Origin: an uncultured Candidatus Saccharibacteria bacterium
Lineage (GTDB): Bacteria; Patescibacteriota; Minisyncoccia; UBA6257; 2-01-FULL-56-20
Reading direction: 5' to 3'
Assembly (NCBI GenBank): GCA_964361595.1
Contig: CAYIAX010000001.1
Location: forward strand, 164,128-222,088
Length of the DNA stretch: 57,961 nt
Numbering within the stretch: position 1 is the stretch's first letter; the number at the start of each line of letters is the position of its first letter. The position numbers were made by a program, and so were the translations under genes. Shown piece after piece: positions 34,159 to 42,789 of the stretch. Under the pieces are notes generated by a model. That model made no database searches. It saw only the letters and a program-made list of their open reading frames with translations, and was not told where the DNA came from.

Positions 34159-35010
34159 CTATTTGCGTGATGTGAATAGGCGCAATTTCCCCGCAACCGC
34201 TTCGATTTTTACGGTGCCGTCGCGATCCGTGCGAAAAACTTGGGCAAATTTTTCCAAACGTTCCAAAGTTTCACGGGCAGGATGGCCGTAGGAATTCCGC
34301 GAACCAACTTCAATCACGGTCAAGGCAGGGTTCACGGCCGCCAAAAATTCGGCCGAGGAGCTGTATTTGGATCCGTGATGCGGAACTTTAAGAATATCCG
34401 CCGCGAGATCGTAACTTTTTATCAACCTTGCTTCCAATTTTGAATCAATGTCCCCCGTGTAAAGAACATCGGCATCCGGCGAGTCAAGGCGAAAAACAAG
34501 GCTCGTATCATTAGTCTCGGCGCTTTGCATGAGCATGGATGTCGGCGAGTAAAAATCGATGACCGTCTCACCGATGCGGATCTTATCGCCGGCTTTAAGT
34601 ATAACAACAGGAATATTCATGGTTTCGATTTTCTTCTTTAACCCCTCCCATTCCAGGGCGTCTCGGTCACGGCCGCTAAAAATCACGGCTCCCAAGGTGT
34701 AGCGATCCAAGGCATCGCTTAACCCGCCGAAATGATCCAATTCCGGATGCGTGACGAGCGCGAGATCGATATATTTATTTTCGCCCAAGGCGGATTTTAA
34801 TTCCTGCGCGAGTTTTGTGCCGGGGCCGGCATCGATCAGCAAGCGGCTGCCATTTCTGAATTCAACGAGTTCAGCATCACCCTGCCCCACGTCCAAGAAG
34901 GAAAAAATCGTAGCATTCTGGGGAAGTTGGGCAAAGATTTCAAACCAAATGAAGCCGTCCACCGCAAAAGCCAAAATAAGAATTCCGATGAGAATATTTT
35001 TTTGTTTCAT
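34159..35010 (-). CDS. ComEC C-terminal metallo-beta-lactamase module encoded as a separate gene
   Basis: Own N-terminal TM, then LDVGQGDAELVEF and THPELDHFGG motifs typical of the ComEC MBL domain. Confidence 0.75.
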   Translation of the reverse strand: MKQKNILIGILILAFAVDGFIWFEIFAQLPQNATIFSFLDVGQGDAELVEFRNGSRLLIDAGPGTKLAQELKSALGENKYIDLALVTHPELDHFGGLSDALDRYTLGAVIFSGRDRDALEWEGLKKKIETMNIPVVILKAGDKIRIGETVIDFYSPTSMLMQSAETNDTSLVFRLDSPDADVLYTGDIDSKLEARLIKSYDLAADILKVPHHGSKYSSSAEFLAAVNPALTVIEVGSRNSYGHPARETLERLEKFAQVFRTDRDGTVKIEAVAGKLRLFTSRK

Positions 35011-35020
35011 AAACTATGAG

Positions 35021-35118
35021 ATACCAATATACAAATGCATGCGAATGATACTAATGGATACGAATGTAAACCGGATTAGTATTTATTCGTATCATTCGTA
35101 CAATTCGTATATTGGTAT
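35021..35118. repeat. ATACNAAT-word element, copy B (~98 bp imperfect palindrome)
   Basis: ataccaat atacaaat (gc)atgcgaat (g)atactaat (gg)atacgaat, centre gtaaaccgg, then attagtat (tt)attcgtat (c)attcgtac (a)attcgtat attggtat. Fills the spacer between the two ComEC genes. Confidence 0.75.
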
Positions 35119-36518
35119 CATTGTCGTGCTTGTTGCTTAGCCATTGCCAATACGATTAATCCTAACACTCCATAATACAGCATGCCTAAAAACCAATTTT
35201 CGAGCCAACCGCCCAAAGGCAGATAAAGTTTTGAAAAAACCGACATAACCGCAATCTCATAGGCGAGCAGAATTTTCGCCACAATCGAAATTAAAAATCC
35301 CAAGGGGAAATAAACGAGCGCCAAGGCGGCAAGAATAAAACCCAAAGCCATCGTAAGCGGGATTAATCCCAGGATGAGCACGTTCGCCAAAAGCGCAGTC
35401 GGCGAAAACTCGCCGAAATTCAGGACCAAGATCGGCAGAACCGCTAGCTGTGCGCCGGCGGTTGTTGCAGCGCTTTCCCAGATCAAGGACGCACTCTTTA
35501 TGCGGCGTTTAACGAAATTAAGCAGCTGCGGCGAGACAAGCACAATGCCCAGCAAGCTCGCGAATGATAATTCAAACCCAAGATTGAATAGAAGCACCGT
35601 GGGATCGGCGAGCGCCATCAGGAGCGCAGCGTAAACGATAGCGTTGCGCAGACTGTAAATTCTCCCCGCTTCCTGCGCGAGAATCAGAAGGAAGCCCATG
35701 ATCGCGGCGCGAATCACCGATGGTTCGGCTCCGGTCATCATCACAAAAAGCACGATTAAAATTACGGTTGTAAAGAATGTAATCCGTTTGCCGATCCGGC
35801 GTTGCAAAATCAAACCAACGACGCTGATCAAAACCGCAATGTTGTAACCGGAGAGCGCGACCAAATGCGTGGTCCCGCTGCGGCGCATTTTTTCGCGCAA
35901 ATCCGGCGAGAGCTCCGAACGCGCGCCGAAGGTCAGCCCGCCCAGGAAAGCAGCTTCATCCGGCGGCAGTAAATGCTTAAAATCAGCGATGATCAAGTGC
36001 TTGAATTCTAAAAGCGATCCCTTAAGCGAAAAGCCGGACGACTTTTCTCGTTCGATAAATTCCGGAAAAAAGCTTTGCGGATTGTCTACGGGCGATTGCG
36101 CCGGTTCTACCATCCCGCGCAGAACCAGCGAATCGCCGTAGTCGAAATTCAGTGTCGGGGAGGTTAGTACATCGATCTCGCTCGCAAACGGTTCTTTAAG
36201 TTTAAGCGTGAAGACTTGAACTTTGCCGAAGATTTTGGGTTCACTTGCGATCTGCCCGCTAAATTCAGTTTCCCCGGTTGGCAGTTTCTGCTTGGCAACT
36301 TTAAAATTCAAAAAAATATGAAAATAAAAAAATCCGGCCATAAGGACAATGATCGCGAGCAGAATTCGCAGAAGCGGCCAGCGGCGGCGCAGAAATAAAA
36401 ATGCGGCCGCAGCCGCTAAACTTAAACCGATTAACCAGAAGGATGCCGTGAGCCCCGCAAAAAAAATTCCCAAGAGGAGCGAGGCGGCAACGTAGAAGAT
36501 CAACTCTTCTCTCGCCAT
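35118..36518 (-). CDS. comEC: ComEC/Rec2 competence membrane channel module (OB-like plus competence domain)
   Basis: N-terminal TMs, OB-like region, then a polytopic competence domain (GTTHLVALSGYNIAVL, GAEPSVIRAAIMG). Confidence 0.8.
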   Translation of the reverse strand: MAREELIFYVAASLLLGIFFAGLTASFWLIGLSLAAAAAFLFLRRRWPLLRILLAIIVLMAGFFYFHIFLNFKVAKQKLPTGETEFSGQIASEPKIFGKVQVFTLKLKEPFASEIDVLTSPTLNFDYGDSLVLRGMVEPAQSPVDNPQSFFPEFIEREKSSGFSLKGSLLEFKHLIIADFKHLLPPDEAAFLGGLTFGARSELSPDLREKMRRSGTTHLVALSGYNIAVLISVVGLILQRRIGKRITFFTTVILIVLFVMMTGAEPSVIRAAIMGFLLILAQEAGRIYSLRNAIVYAALLMALADPTVLLFNLGFELSFASLLGIVLVSPQLLNFVKRRIKSASLIWESAATTAGAQLAVLPILVLNFGEFSPTALLANVLILGLIPLTMALGFILAALALVYFPLGFLISIVAKILLAYEIAVMSVFSKLYLPLGGWLENWFLGMLYYGVLGLIVLAMAKQQARQ

Positions 36519-37135
36519 TGCTTGATTTTGGCATGATCACCGGAAATAAGCACCTCCGGCACCGACCAACTTTTTCCTCGCTTTGGCGAATAGCGGGGCG
36601 GCCGCGTGTAGACTGGATAGGAGCCCTTTAGCTCCTCCAAGGACTCGAATTTACCCAGAAATCCGGGTATAAAACGGCTCACCGCTTCAAGCGCGACCAA
36701 GGCAGGCAATTCCCCACCGGAGAGCACAAAATCCCCGATCGAAATTTCTTCGTCGGCAACATGTTGGGCCACGCGCTCATCCACGCCCTCGTAACGGCCG
36801 CAGATGAAAATAAGCTTATCGTATTTCGCTAATCGCTTAGCGGTCTTTGCGTCGAGCTTTTTCCCGCGCGTGGAAAATAAAATCACCCGAGTCTTCCTTG
36901 TCGCGTGTCGCATTATGCTTTTGACTGCGCGATCAATCGGTTCAATCTTTAACACCATCCCCGGTCCCCCGCCGAACGGCCGGTCATCCACCTTGCGGTG
37001 CTTATCCGTACTCCAAGCACGCAGATCATGGACGGCAATTTTGACCAATTTTTTCTCTTGTGCGCGCTTAAGCATTGATTCCTTCAAATAGGAATCGAAA
37101 ATCTTGGGAAAAATTGTGACGATGTCAAATCTCAC
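36500..37135 (-). CDS. trmD: tRNA (guanine37-N1)-methyltransferase
   Basis: MRFDIVTIFPKIF, DDRPFGGGPGMVL and ICGRYEGVDERV motifs. Confidence 0.92.
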   Translation of the reverse strand: MRFDIVTIFPKIFDSYLKESMLKRAQEKKLVKIAVHDLRAWSTDKHRKVDDRPFGGGPGMVLKIEPIDRAVKSIMRHATRKTRVILFSTRGKKLDAKTAKRLAKYDKLIFICGRYEGVDERVAQHVADEEISIGDFVLSGGELPALVALEAVSRFIPGFLGKFESLEELKGSYPVYTRPPRYSPKRGKSWSVPEVLISGDHAKIKQWREKS

Positions 37136-39015
37136 GTCTGCGGAGGCTCGGCTCCGGGTTGTTTGTCTTTGTGCAGATTTTCAGAAATCGCTTTGCGCAA
37201 TTCATCAATGCTGACTTCCTGGGACATTTTTCCTTTGGGAACTTTCTCGACGGGCTTAAGGTCGGCAAGCGAAAGCGGCGTCGCGGAATTTTCCGGCTCG
37301 GCCAATTTCTCGTCATATTTCTCGAGCACAGACGCGGCACGAAGCGGCCGCGGAGCGGAAGGAATCCCTCCGCGCTCTCCCCGCTCGCGCTCTTGGGCAG
37401 GACGGCTCTGGGGGCGCATTGCGGGTTCTGGCGGTTTGGCACTAAACTCAATGCCCAACTCGGCCAGCGCATCTGCGTATTGCTCTTTCTGTTTCCTGGC
37501 CCGTACGGGTTGGAGTTCGCCGGCTTTGATTTTGGCCAAACAGTCGCGGCAGTAAACCGGACGTCCCGGCGTGGGTTCGAAGGGCAACTGTGCGGCTTTG
37601 CCACAGGAAGAGCAAATTGACTGGAACTTTCCTCCGCCGATGGGGCCGACAACCGGCGCGGGGCCGCTCTCGGGAGCGCCGCCAGAAACCATAAGCGAAC
37701 CATCCGCGCCCGTAGCCATACCAGTCCAGCGGATAATCTCTTCCTCGACAATTCGGTTTGGCCGCGCGTAGCGCTTGCGCGATTCTTCAATAATATCTTC
37801 CGCGATTGAATGCGAGACTTGAAGCCTGAAAGGAGCCAGGGTGGAGGCCGAAAACGGCCGACAGGTGATGCCGTTCACCATCAGTTTCAGATAAATACAG
37901 CGGTTTGGCAGATTCACCATGTCCTGCGGCACGAATTCCGGCGCGAATTCATTTTCCAAGAATTCGGCATCCGCCGCGCCGATACGGAAAAGGATCATCG
38001 TGCCGACGTTGCCGAAAATAGCGTCGCGCACCCTGGTCGAAACGTCCGTCACAAGCTGGCCGATGTATTGGTGCGCGACGATTAGATTCAAGCGGTATTT
38101 GCGCGCTTCGGAAAGAATTCCCGCGAAGGAATCGGTGGCGAAATTCTGGAACTCGTCGACATAGAGATAAAAGTCCACGCGCTCTTCTTCCGGCACGCGG
38201 ACGCGCTCCATGGCGGCAAGCTGGATTTTTGTAATCAACATTGCGCCCAAGAGCGCGGAATTATCCTCGCCGATGCGGCCCTTGGAAACGTTCACGAGGA
38301 AAATCTTTCCCGAATTCATCAACTCGAAAATATCAATTGTGCTTTTCGCCTGCCCCACTACATTGCGGATTAAAGACGTAGAAAGGAATTGGCCTACTTT
38401 ATTTTGGATCGGCGCAATCGCTTCGTTCCTAAACTGGTCCCGCCAGCTTTCATATTCGTGGATCCAAAAAGCTTTGACCACGGGGTCCTTTACATTTGCG
38501 ATCACGCGCTGGCGGTAGTCTTTGTCAACCAAGATGCGCGTGATGCCGAGGAGTGTGGAGTTGGGCGTCTCCAAGAGCGCCAAGACGGCGTTATTCATGA
38601 TGTACTCCATTCTCGCCGACCAGACGTTCGACCAGATTTTCGTAAAAATGCCCATGAGGCCCGAAGCCACCAAGTGCTTGTACTTGGGATCGGGCAATTC
38701 CAAAATATTAAAACCGATATGCCAATCGCTGTCCGCCGGGTTGAAATAAATTACGTCCTTCACGCGTTCCGGCGGGATCTTTTCCAAAATCCCCTCCACC
38801 AGCTCGCCGTGCGGGTCGACAACGCAAATTCCCTCGCCATTCGCGATGTCTTGCACGATCATATTATTCAAAAGCGCGGTTTTCCCGGTGCCAGTCTTAC
38901 CGACAACGTAGACATGCTGCCTGCGGTCATTGCGCTTGATGCCGAAGAGCTGATTTTTATTGCGAAAATCAGTCCGGGCAAAATAAATTACATCATGTTC
39001 AGGATCTAAACCCAT
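37132..39015 (-). CDS. T4SS coupling-protein-like (VirD4/TraD/TraG-type) P-loop ATPase with a C-terminal CxxC-x17-CxxC zinc ribbon
   Basis: Walker A VVGKTGTGKTALL, Walker B FYLYVDEFQNF, and ARKYRLNLIVAHQYIGQL. After a Gly/Pro linker comes CSSCGKAAQLPFEPTPGRPVYCRDC (nt 37540-37614), then a charged low-complexity tail. Confidence 0.8.
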   Translation of the reverse strand: MGLDPEHDVIYFARTDFRNKNQLFGIKRNDRRQHVYVVGKTGTGKTALLNNMIVQDIANGEGICVVDPHGELVEGILEKIPPERVKDVIYFNPADSDWHIGFNILELPDPKYKHLVASGLMGIFTKIWSNVWSARMEYIMNNAVLALLETPNSTLLGITRILVDKDYRQRVIANVKDPVVKAFWIHEYESWRDQFRNEAIAPIQNKVGQFLSTSLIRNVVGQAKSTIDIFELMNSGKIFLVNVSKGRIGEDNSALLGAMLITKIQLAAMERVRVPEEERVDFYLYVDEFQNFATDSFAGILSEARKYRLNLIVAHQYIGQLVTDVSTRVRDAIFGNVGTMILFRIGAADAEFLENEFAPEFVPQDMVNLPNRCIYLKLMVNGITCRPFSASTLAPFRLQVSHSIAEDIIEESRKRYARPNRIVEEEIIRWTGMATGADGSLMVSGGAPESGPAPVVGPIGGGKFQSICSSCGKAAQLPFEPTPGRPVYCRDCLAKIKAGELQPVRARKQKEQYADALAELGIEFSAKPPEPAMRPQSRPAQERERGERGGIPSAPRPLRAASVLEKYDEKLAEPENSATPLSLADLKPVEKVPKGKMSQEVSIDELRKAISENLHKDKQPGAEPPQT

Positions 39016-39198
39016 ATCCGGCAGTGAAACTGCGATAACAATCTATGCTGGCCATATCGCATTTTTGATTTATATAAATCATGACCTTTCTATGTCCGCA
39101 GAACAAGAGCAATCCTCGCCAGGATCGCAGTTCTACTGCGGGACATACTGCTAATAGTATAGCTCAAAATTAGCGTTTTGGCAATTTTCGACTTTTGT

Positions 39199-40899
39199 CT
39201 ACTCAATCGTCTCCAAATAACACGGCTTGCAGTATAACTTGGCTATATCGCGGTTACGTTGCGGTGTTTGAAATTTGGCGCCGCATTGATTGCAGATTCG
39301 TTCGACAAGACTGAACTCTTGTACCCAAACATCGATTTTTTGTTCAATTCGGCAAAAGGGGCAGCACCGAGGCAGCGGTAGATTAATCTGCTTTAAAAAA
39401 GCTAACTCTGCTGGAATAATTTTGAAACCCCGCGGACATTTTGAGCAGCCAATGATCTCATCAAAAATAGTTTCGGGGACATCTTTAATATGATCTGGCA
39501 GCTGGTCGCTCGGACAAGTAATTGGATGTGTCCGCGCATCCGCTTCGCGCCACTTATATCCTCGGCGGATAGCTTCGGCACTTGAAAGCGGAAAAAACTT
39601 ATTCGCGAGCGTTTCATTATAAGCGATTGGGCTCAATTCTATTGGAAAAAATTCTCCATACCGATAAGTAATTCCCCGTGCGTCTTTGTATGGCATAACA
39701 TTCATATGGCTAATGATCTTATCTCGGAGTTCGCAATATTCCGATTCGGTATAGGTTTTATTTAAAATGCAGTAACTGCCTTTTTTCGTAGACACGCAAC
39801 CGAATTGATTTGAGCCGCCGAATAGTTGTTTGCAGTACTCTAAATTGAAGCTATTTATACCGGAATCATGGCAGAATTTAAGGCCGCTTGAGTTCTCGCC
39901 AACAACGCCGCAATCGTATGACAATTCAAGATTAAACCCCCACCCCGAAATGTCGTAGGAATCCCTTGTGAATGGATCAGAAACCATGGAAACCCATTTA
40001 CAATTTTCCGCGCCAGCCGCTTCAAAACAATCCCGGCAGTTCTTAGATTCATATATCCTATTGCCGGTGCAGTTAATATTAAATTCTTCAAAATATGGCT
40101 GCGGCAGAAAATTTTTCCAATTAGCTTCAGCGGTTTTTTTAAAGTTTGTATATTCCCGATAGGATCCCAGATCCAACTTTTTTATTTTTTCGAGGTATTT
40201 CTCTTTGGTTAACTGTTTGTTAAGCCAAAAATACTTTTTGTTGCGAAGATTTGCGGAACCAAAACAATTCTGGCAATTACGGGAATCCCGCATAAAAATG
40301 CAATTAAGCGACTCCGTGAGGTCAAGTGATCCCACCGAATAAGCTGTTTTATAGGCATGCGTAAGTTCGTAGCTCTTTTCGCACGACTTTAGCAAGGAGC
40401 AATCGTAGAGGTTTCTATCATGAAAAAGATAAAAGCCGTAAGCGCAATCTTCGCTAAAATCAGACCAGAAAAGCAGATAACAATTTTTGGCGTGCCCAAC
40501 AAAATTTGTATAAGGCGATGAATCGCTGAAAAAGTCGGACGAAAGACCTAATAATGGAGCCTCGCGCAATAGATCGCCAAATTGCTCGAAAAACGGCCGC
40601 GAGAAATCATAATCCCGGCCGTATTGAAGGGGGTCCCAGTTATCTGACCACCAACAGCGAGGACAGTAGACAACGCATTGCGCTTCCGGGGAATACATGG
40701 ATATTGTATCTTTTTTACAGAGGTCGCACGAGCGTCTATATAGATTTATGAGATTAAACCAAGCTAATCTTCGTTGGAAACGGCAATTGGGACAAAACGT
40801 CGGCGGCGGAACCTTGATCCGCTCGTAGAACTGAAAGTCCTCCGGTTCGATTATGAATTGGTTGTGGCAATTCTGGCAAATTCTTTTCTCTTGATTCAT
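39199..40899 (-). CDS. Cys-rich multi-zinc-ribbon protein, paralogue P5 (566 aa)
   Basis: Family layout. Short-type C-terminus CNQCGAKFQTPQRNRDIAKLYCKPC (exact x17 spacing). Confidence 0.85.
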   Translation of the reverse strand: MNQEKRICQNCHNQFIIEPEDFQFYERIKVPPPTFCPNCRFQRRLAWFNLINLYRRSCDLCKKDTISMYSPEAQCVVYCPRCWWSDNWDPLQYGRDYDFSRPFFEQFGDLLREAPLLGLSSDFFSDSSPYTNFVGHAKNCYLLFWSDFSEDCAYGFYLFHDRNLYDCSLLKSCEKSYELTHAYKTAYSVGSLDLTESLNCIFMRDSRNCQNCFGSANLRNKKYFWLNKQLTKEKYLEKIKKLDLGSYREYTNFKKTAEANWKNFLPQPYFEEFNINCTGNRIYESKNCRDCFEAAGAENCKWVSMVSDPFTRDSYDISGWGFNLELSYDCGVVGENSSGLKFCHDSGINSFNLEYCKQLFGGSNQFGCVSTKKGSYCILNKTYTESEYCELRDKIISHMNVMPYKDARGITYRYGEFFPIELSPIAYNETLANKFFPLSSAEAIRRGYKWREADARTHPITCPSDQLPDHIKDVPETIFDEIIGCSKCPRGFKIIPAELAFLKQINLPLPRCCPFCRIEQKIDVWVQEFSLVERICNQCGAKFQTPQRNRDIAKLYCKPCYLETIE

Positions 40900-40909
40900 A
40901 TAATTATTT

Positions 40910-40935
40910 GGGTGCTATGCTATAGCATAGCACCC
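40910..40935. repeat. 26-bp perfect palindrome GGGTGCTATGCTATAGCATAGCACCC
   Basis: Fills the P6-stop/P5-start spacer and ends 10 nt upstream of the P5 ATG. Confidence 0.9.
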
Positions 40936-40936
40936 G

Positions 40937-42694
40937 TTAAACTATCTCCGCATTGTAACACTGCTCGCAATACACTTTCTCCGGCCGTTCCGGCGCATAG
41001 CTGGTTTCAAATTCATTCGGACAAGGTCCATCGCCATGTGGATGTTTCGCTGTATTAGGATAAGCTATCTGCCCTTCGCTATTTGCCCCGCTGCACATGC
41101 ATCGCCTTCGCCAAAGTTTATAGGGATTTCGCATTAGAAAACGGTCCCGATGGCGGCAATCCTGGCACTTGCGTGGTAAGGCGACATTAAATTTTCTTAA
41201 CAAAGATAATTCAGGTTCGAGGATCCGATAAGCCCGTCCGCACTCCGGACAGCCGACAATTTCGCTGATCACGGAATTTGGAGCATCCTTGATGTCAGCC
41301 GGCAAACTTTCCGCCTTAATGGTCGGCGCATGCACATAAGGATCCGGATCTCGCCAGCCGTAACCTTGGGCCAAGGCCTCTTCCTTTGTGAGCGGGTAAA
41401 ATTCATAGGCAATCGTCTCGTTATAAGCAAACGGCATAATTTCAATCGGATAGAATTCGCCGTATCCGTATGTCCGTCCGGCTTTATCTTTATAGGGCAT
41501 GTCATTCATGTGTTTAACGATTTTTGGCACAAGCCGCTCATATTCTTCTTTGCCATACTGCTTGTTCAAAATGCAATGGTGCCGGTTGCGCACGCCGATG
41601 CAGCCGAATAAATTCGATCCATCCTGCGACCAATCCGCATAAGTCATGTCGCGGCTGGCGTTGCCGAAGGTAATAAAACGCGCATTGTAACTGCCGAAAC
41701 CCGCGGAAACAGCCTCAAAGATGCGTTCACTGTGCGCCGTGCCCAGCACATCGTACGAATCCTTAGTGCTGAAGCTGCGGACAAAGTATTTAACATTCTC
41801 CAGGTTGTAGCTGTCGAAGGCGCAAACAGCCCGTTTGACGTTTTCGAGATTATTCCCGGTCGAGTCATTGGCTTTAAAAACATTTGCGAAGCGATGAAAT
41901 GATTTTTTTCGGAGTTCGGCAAATTCTTTCTTAAGCGCGGCTAGATTCTCGTATTTGCCCATCCCCAACTCCTCGATCGCCCGCTGGTAATCTTCCTTCG
42001 CATACTGCTTATTGCGGAAAACATACTGGCGGTTGCGCAGATTCGAACTCATGAAGCAATTCTGGCAATTCGTGCAGTCGTAGATAAATGACGAATCCAG
42101 GCAATCGCGCGTATCGAGCGTGAAGATACAGCGGTAATTGCGGGAGGCGTCCACGTTCTCGTAGCAAAGTTCAGTTTCGTTTGCGTGGTAGCAATCCACA
42201 CAATCTTTACTGCGATCCAAGAGCCGCGAATAGTAAATATTTTCGCTTTGCACGACGGAAAAAGCCAAGTAAACATTTTTGCTGTTAAAGACGAAATTTG
42301 TGTAATCGCAATTTACGTTCGAGTTGCCCAAATGCATAAGACCGATCCGCGGCACGCGCTCCATGAGTTCGCGGAATTGCCGGAAGAAGGGTTTGCTGAA
42401 ATCATAATCAGCGCCGTAATCAAGGGGATCCCAGCCATCGCCGTACCAGCAGTCGCGGCAATAAACCGTGAACGGCTTGTCCGGCGAATACATCGAAATC
42501 ATCTGCTTTTTACAGAGTTCACATGCGCGCCGGTAGAGCGCCCGCTCATTCCTTGCCACCATCCGCCTCTGCATCCGGCATTGCGGACAAAAAGTCGGCG
42601 GCGGCACATTAATTGAGCTGTAAAAATCGAAGTCATCTGGCTCGATAGCGAATTCGTTTTTACAATTTTGGCATGCTCTCACTTCGGTTTGCAT
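40937..42694 (-). CDS. Cys-rich multi-zinc-ribbon protein, paralogue P6 (585 aa)
   Basis: Family layout. Its long-type C-terminus is nearly identical to that of P1. Confidence 0.85.
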   Translation of the reverse strand: MQTEVRACQNCKNEFAIEPDDFDFYSSINVPPPTFCPQCRMQRRMVARNERALYRRACELCKKQMISMYSPDKPFTVYCRDCWYGDGWDPLDYGADYDFSKPFFRQFRELMERVPRIGLMHLGNSNVNCDYTNFVFNSKNVYLAFSVVQSENIYYSRLLDRSKDCVDCYHANETELCYENVDASRNYRCIFTLDTRDCLDSSFIYDCTNCQNCFMSSNLRNRQYVFRNKQYAKEDYQRAIEELGMGKYENLAALKKEFAELRKKSFHRFANVFKANDSTGNNLENVKRAVCAFDSYNLENVKYFVRSFSTKDSYDVLGTAHSERIFEAVSAGFGSYNARFITFGNASRDMTYADWSQDGSNLFGCIGVRNRHHCILNKQYGKEEYERLVPKIVKHMNDMPYKDKAGRTYGYGEFYPIEIMPFAYNETIAYEFYPLTKEEALAQGYGWRDPDPYVHAPTIKAESLPADIKDAPNSVISEIVGCPECGRAYRILEPELSLLRKFNVALPRKCQDCRHRDRFLMRNPYKLWRRRCMCSGANSEGQIAYPNTAKHPHGDGPCPNEFETSYAPERPEKVYCEQCYNAEIV

Positions 42695-42789
42695 AGGTCT
42701 TATTTGGTTACTCGCCCGCCTTCGTTAAAACTTCCACCTCCGCTAAAGCCTTGATGAACAAGTCGGCGAAGTTTCCTCTTGCTCTTAAT

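Noticed and set aside
34065-34196. N-terminal extensions in the ORF track that run through repeats: 34065-34196, 51977-51997, 20725-20811, and possibly 5984-6019.
   Set aside because: The extensions translate heptad arrays, word elements or the preceding gene. Internal ATG or GTG starts give sensible N-termini, so I trimmed or flagged them.
37125-37790. A 221-aa minus-strand ORF, plus plus-strand ORFs 37159-37620 and 37163-37555, overlapping the ATPase C-terminal region.
   Set aside because: These are alternative frames through the Gly/Pro/Arg-rich linker. The ATPase frame carries the conserved motor motifs and the zinc ribbon, whereas these ORFs show only Arg/Pro/Ser-rich low-complexity sequence.
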